From positions 2,512-66,511 of the forward strand of contig QGNQ01000006.1 of assembly GCA_003228175.2 (NCBI GenBank): DNA of 64,000 bases, read 5' to 3'. A program made the translations under genes and the position numbers. The notes beneath the pieces are model-generated. The model was not told where the DNA came from. It ran no database searches and saw nothing but the letters and a program-made list of their open reading frames with translations. Below, one piece after another: positions 60,450 to 64,000 of this stretch. The stretch comes from Chloroflexota bacterium. Lineage in GTDB: Bacteria; Chloroflexota; Dehalococcoidia; Bin125. Every line of letters begins with the position of its first letter. Positions within the stretch are counted from its first letter, which is position 1.

Positions 60450-63089
60450 ATGGTCGTCAGCACCACCGTCACGATCACGATTAACGGCGCGCCGCACACG
60501 GTGGAGGCTGGCCGTCCCCTCGTCGAGGTGATCAAAGAGGCCGGGATCTACATCTCCAACCTCTGCTACCTGGACGGGCTGCCGGCCTACGCCGGCTGTC
60601 GCACCTGTGTCGTCGAGGTGGAGGGGATGCGCGGGCTGCCCCTGGCTTGCAGCACGCCCGTCACCGACGGAATGGTCGTCCGCACGGACACCGAGGCCAC
60701 ACTGGAGATGCGCCAGGAAGTGATGGCCTTCATCCTGGCCAATCACAGCGACCGCTGTCTCACCTGCCATCGCGTGGACCATTGCCGGACAGGCGATATC
60801 TGCCTGCGCGACAACGTCGTCACGCATCGCTGCGTCACCTGTTCCAAGAACTACCGCTGCGAGCTGCAGACCGCCTCGGACGTGGCCGACATGGGCCGCG
60901 CCAACGTCGAGCCCTACCTCGACGAGGCGCGCACCTTCTACCAGTTCCAGCAGCCGCCGCCCGACCGCGGCAACCCCTTCTTCGAGTTCGACCCACAGAT
61001 GTGCATCCTCTGCACCCGCTGCGAGCGCGCCTGCGCCGACCTGCGCCACACGACCGCGATCACGCTCGCCGGGCGGGGCTTCTCCACCCGCATGGCCTTC
61101 GGGGCCGGCGGCGCGATCGATGAGTCGAACTGCGACTTCTGCGGCGCCTGCGTCGACGTGTGCCCCACGGCCACTCTGATGGAAGCCCCCAACAAGTGGG
61201 TCGCCCGACCCGAACAATGGGTCGGCACCGTCTGCACCGAGTGCAGCATGGGCTGCACGATTCAGATCGGCGTGCGCGACGGTCGCGGCGTCATCGTCCG
61301 GCCCGCCGAAGGCAACGACGTCTCGCGTGACCAGATCTGCGTGCGCGGCCGCTTCGGATACGACCAGGTCCGCGACCGCCAGCGCCTACACACCGGCCGC
61401 CTGGGTCGCGGGCAAGACGCCTTCGATGCCGAGACCGATGTCGTGCTGCGCGACGCCAGCCGCAAACTGGCCGCGATCATCGCGCAGCACGGACCATTGG
61501 CCGTGGGCCTGCTGGGCTCGGGCCAGACCACCGTCGAAGAAAACTACGCGCTGGCCCAACTGGCCGCTTGGATCGGCACGCCCCACATCGACGCGAGCGT
61601 GGGCTCTGTCTGGGGCGCCGTCGAGACGGCCCTGCGCGAGAGCTTCGGCAGCGTGCACCTGCCCAACCAGCTCACATCGGTCGAGAGCGCCGGCGCGGTC
61701 GTCGCCATCGGTGATGACCTCAGCGCCTCCAACAACGTCCTCGGCGTGCGCATCAAGGGCGCCGTCGCCAAGGGCGCGACGCTCGTCAGCGTCAGCGCCC
61801 GCCACAACCCCATCGACGACCACGCCACCGCCGCGCTGGGCCCCCTCGATGGCGACCTCGCCGCCACGGTCCAGGCCCTCGCCACCAGCCTGCTGGCGCG
61901 CGACTCCGTGCGCGACCGGCTGCCGGCAGGGGCGGACGACGACGGCAACGCCACCCCCTTCCCCGGCCTGACCGACGCGACGGTGCACACGGAGGCGCCC
62001 AAATCGAGCGGCGCCTGCGCGGCCGCGGAGCTGCTGGCCGCACGCATGGATGGCCCCGTCGCGATCGTCGTCGCGCCCTCACGGCACAGCGCCGCCGCCG
62101 CCGGGGCGCAGGTGCGGGCCGCCGCCAATCTCGCGATCGCGCTGGCCGGGCCGGACGCCGCGCCCGCATCGCTGCACGTGCTGCCGCCTGAGAACAACAC
62201 CATCGGCCTGCGCGACGCCGGCGTCGTGCCCGGCGCCAGCGACGGACAAAGCGGGCTCAGCGTCGATGGCATGCTCGCCGCCGCCCGCGACGGGACGCTG
62301 AAGGCGCTCGTCGTACTCAAAGACAACCCGCTGCTGACCCTGCCCGATCGCGCCTTTGTGCAAGCGGCGCTGGAAGCGCTCGATCTGCTGCTCGTGATCG
62401 ACGAAGTCGCGACGGACACCGTCCAGACTGCAACCCATGTCCTCGCCGACGTTTCCACGTTCGCCAAGAGCGGCACCGTGACCAACGCGGACCGGCAGAT
62501 GCTGCGCCTGCGCGCCGCCTACCGGCCGCAGCGTGGCGCCCAGCCGGCGCTGTCCCACCTGCGCGACCTGGGCTCCAGCTTGGCGACGGCCATGGACCGG
62601 GAATCGCCAGACCTGCCGGAGAGCCCCGCCCTCGCGATGGACGCGCTCGCCGCCTCCGACGCGCGTTACGCGAGCGCGACGATGTCGCGATTGCTCAGTG
62701 CGACCCGGCAGCCGCCCAACGGGGCGATCAGCCAAGCGATCGTGCCGGTCGCGGCGCTGTCCGCCGCGGGCGACGGTCTCCTCCTGCTGTCGGGCCGCGA
62801 CCTCTACACCGACCGCACCTCCGCGGCCCTACGCGCCGACGACGCCGACCGCCTCCATCGCGCCGAGTCGGCAGACCTGCACCCCACCGACGCCGCCGCG
62901 CTCGGCATCACCGACGGCGAATCAGTCGCGCTCACCCGCGCCGGCGAGCGACTGCTGATCAGCGCGCGGGTCTCGGAAGACGTCGCGCCAGGCTGCGTCT
63001 TCGTGCCGCTGCTGTATGACGGCGGCGCCGTGCAAGCCCTGCTCCCCGCCGACGGATCGATCGCCCGCGTCGCCGTCGAGCGGGCCTAG
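60450..63089 (+). CDS. nuoG: NADH-quinone oxidoreductase subunit G-like Fe-S / molybdopterin-fold protein
   Basis: Track ORF 60411..63089. ATG 60450 follows TAGGAG. 2Fe-2S CYLDG..CRTC..AC, HSDRCLTCHRVDHC (HxxxCxxCxxxxxC), CILCTRCERAC, CDFCGACVDVCP, CTECSMGC, then a molybdopterin-oxidoreductase-like domain. Confidence 0.85.
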   Translation: MVVSTTVTITINGAPHTVEAGRPLVEVIKEAGIYISNLCYLDGLPAYAGCRTCVVEVEGMRGLPLACSTPVTDGMVVRTDTEATLEMRQEVMAFILANHSDRCLTCHRVDHCRTGDICLRDNVVTHRCVTCSKNYRCELQTASDVADMGRANVEPYLDEARTFYQFQQPPPDRGNPFFEFDPQMCILCTRCERACADLRHTTAITLAGRGFSTRMAFGAGGAIDESNCDFCGACVDVCPTATLMEAPNKWVARPEQWVGTVCTECSMGCTIQIGVRDGRGVIVRPAEGNDVSRDQICVRGRFGYDQVRDRQRLHTGRLGRGQDAFDAETDVVLRDASRKLAAIIAQHGPLAVGLLGSGQTTVEENYALAQLAAWIGTPHIDASVGSVWGAVETALRESFGSVHLPNQLTSVESAGAVVAIGDDLSASNNVLGVRIKGAVAKGATLVSVSARHNPIDDHATAALGPLDGDLAATVQALATSLLARDSVRDRLPAGADDDGNATPFPGLTDATVHTEAPKSSGACAAAELLAARMDGPVAIVVAPSRHSAAAAGAQVRAAANLAIALAGPDAAPASLHVLPPENNTIGLRDAGVVPGASDGQSGLSVDGMLAAARDGTLKALVVLKDNPLLTLPDRAFVQAALEALDLLLVIDEVATDTVQTATHVLADVSTFAKSGTVTNADRQMLRLRAAYRPQRGAQPALSHLRDLGSSLATAMDRESPDLPESPALAMDALAASDARYASATMSRLLSATRQPPNGAISQAIVPVAALSAAGDGLLLLSGRDLYTDRTSAALRADDADRLHRAESADLHPTDAAALGITDGESVALTRAGERLLISARVSEDVAPGCVFVPLLYDGGAVQALLPADGSIARVAVERA

Positions 63090-63123
63090 GCGGTCGCCCC
63101 AGCGCAACTGTTCACGTCGTACG

Positions 63124-64000
63124 TCACAAATCGACCGGGATGACCGACCCGATCGCGAACGTGACCGCGGTCGCCCCCAGGCCGATCAAGACCATGCGCC
63201 CGCCCGCGAACAGCGGGTGCCGCCCCGTCAGCAGCGACGAGAACATCCCCGCCAGCCCCAGCATCGCCACGCCGGCGACGATCGCCACCGCCAGCGCCCA
63301 GTAGCCGCCGCCCACCATGAATGGGATCACGGGCACAATCGCCCCCAGGGAAAACGCGATGAATGATCCGATCGCCGCGCCCCACGGCGAGCCCAGATTG
63401 TCCGGGTCCAGCCCCAACTCTTCGCGCGCCAGCGTGTCCAGCGCCACGGCCGGATCGGCCATCAGCTCATCCACCAACTGCGACGCGACCTCCGCCGACA
63501 CGCCCTTACGGCGATAAATCGTCAGCAGCTCGTCGCGTTCTTCTTCCGGCGCAAGCTCCAGCTCCATCGCCTCACGCGAGATCTGGTGCTCGAACAGCTC
63601 CCGCTGGCTGCGCACGGAGATGTACTCGCCCGCCCCCATGGAGAAGGCGCCGGCCAACCACCCCGCGAGGCCCGCGATCAGCACGGCGTTGCTCTCGATG
63701 GCCGCGCCGGCGACGCCCGCGATCAGGCTGAGATTGGAAACGATCCCGTCGTTGAGCCCGAACAGCGCCGCCCGGAACGTGGAGGCCGCGCCGGTGGAGC
63801 TGAAGCCGTGCTCACCACCGCCGTCGGCCCCGCTGGCGAGCGCCGTCAGCGTCTCTCGGTGCTCCAACTCCTCCTCTGCCAGCCCAGCCGCCTCCGGCTC
63901 CCGACGGTACCGCTGGATGTCCTCCAGCTCGGCTGCGCGCAGGCGAGGCAGCACCGCGTTGACGCCCGCCACACGGGCGACCAGCGCCAGTCCCCGCGTC
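63124..64000 (-). CDS. VIT1/CCC1-family iron/manganese transporter (5' end probably outside the window)
   Basis: ALFGLNDGIVSNLSLIAGVAGA plus C-terminal TM helices are the VIT family signature. The reading frame stays open from GTG 63972 up to the window edge, so the N-terminal ferritin-like domain is probably truncated by the window. Confidence 0.75.
   Translation of the reverse strand, partial: TRGLALVARVAGVNAVLPRLRAAELEDIQRYRREPEAAGLAEEELEHRETLTALASGADGGGEHGFSSTGAASTFRAALFGLNDGIVSNLSLIAGVAGAAIESNAVLIAGLAGWLAGAFSMGAGEYISVRSQRELFEHQISREAMELELAPEEERDELLTIYRRKGVSAEVASQLVDELMADPAVALDTLAREELGLDPDNLGSPWGAAIGSFIAFSLGAIVPVIPFMVGGGYWALAVAIVAGVAMLGLAGMFSSLLTGRHPLFAGGRMVLIGLGATAVTFAIGSVIPVDL

Overview
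GC-rich, very gene-dense bacterial chromosomal segment with about 62 protein-coding genes. I found no rRNA, tRNA, CRISPR array, transposase, integrase or phage gene. Content is mainly housekeeping or metabolic. It includes an acyl-CoA carboxyltransferase, bioB, folP, F420 genes cofC/cofD, B12-dependent class II ribonucleotide reductase nrdJ and dut. DNA repair genes are present (alkA-like, nfo, a family 4/5 UDG). There is a Sir2 deacylase, a NifS/IscA Fe-S assembly pair followed by nuoB-nuoI-nuoG, and a MacB-type ABC exporter. There is also a ClC channel, an ECF sigma/anti-sigma pair, a LysR regulator, peptidases (M23/LysM, M20), three DinB-family genes and several paralogous DUF pairs (DUF4389 x2, DUF3105 x2, RDD-SHOCT x2). 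This repertoire resembles Chloroflexi/Thermomicrobia-, Actinobacteria- or Deinococcus-like genomes, but taxonomy cannot be assigned from the sequence alone. Many long antisense ORFs in the track are high-GC artefacts. I did not find a recognisable defence island or mobile element, and no single locus stands out as a clearly novel system. The most unusual observations are: (1) an Fe-S-only nuoB-nuoI-nuoG trio next to nifS/iscA with no other complex I genes; (2) Lys-rich histone-H1-like tails on endonuclease IV and on a signal-less BtuF-like binding protein; (3) recurrent 14-18-nt tandem duplications at or just after stop codons; (4) several tightly coupled clusters of unknown function (an R2/ferritin-like protein with M20 peptidase; a TM peptide, unknown protein and ferredoxin; a small acidic protein, UDG and membrane protein; a Zn-ribbon-RDD-SHOCT pair). 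All family assignments rest on motif recognition by eye and need database confirmation.
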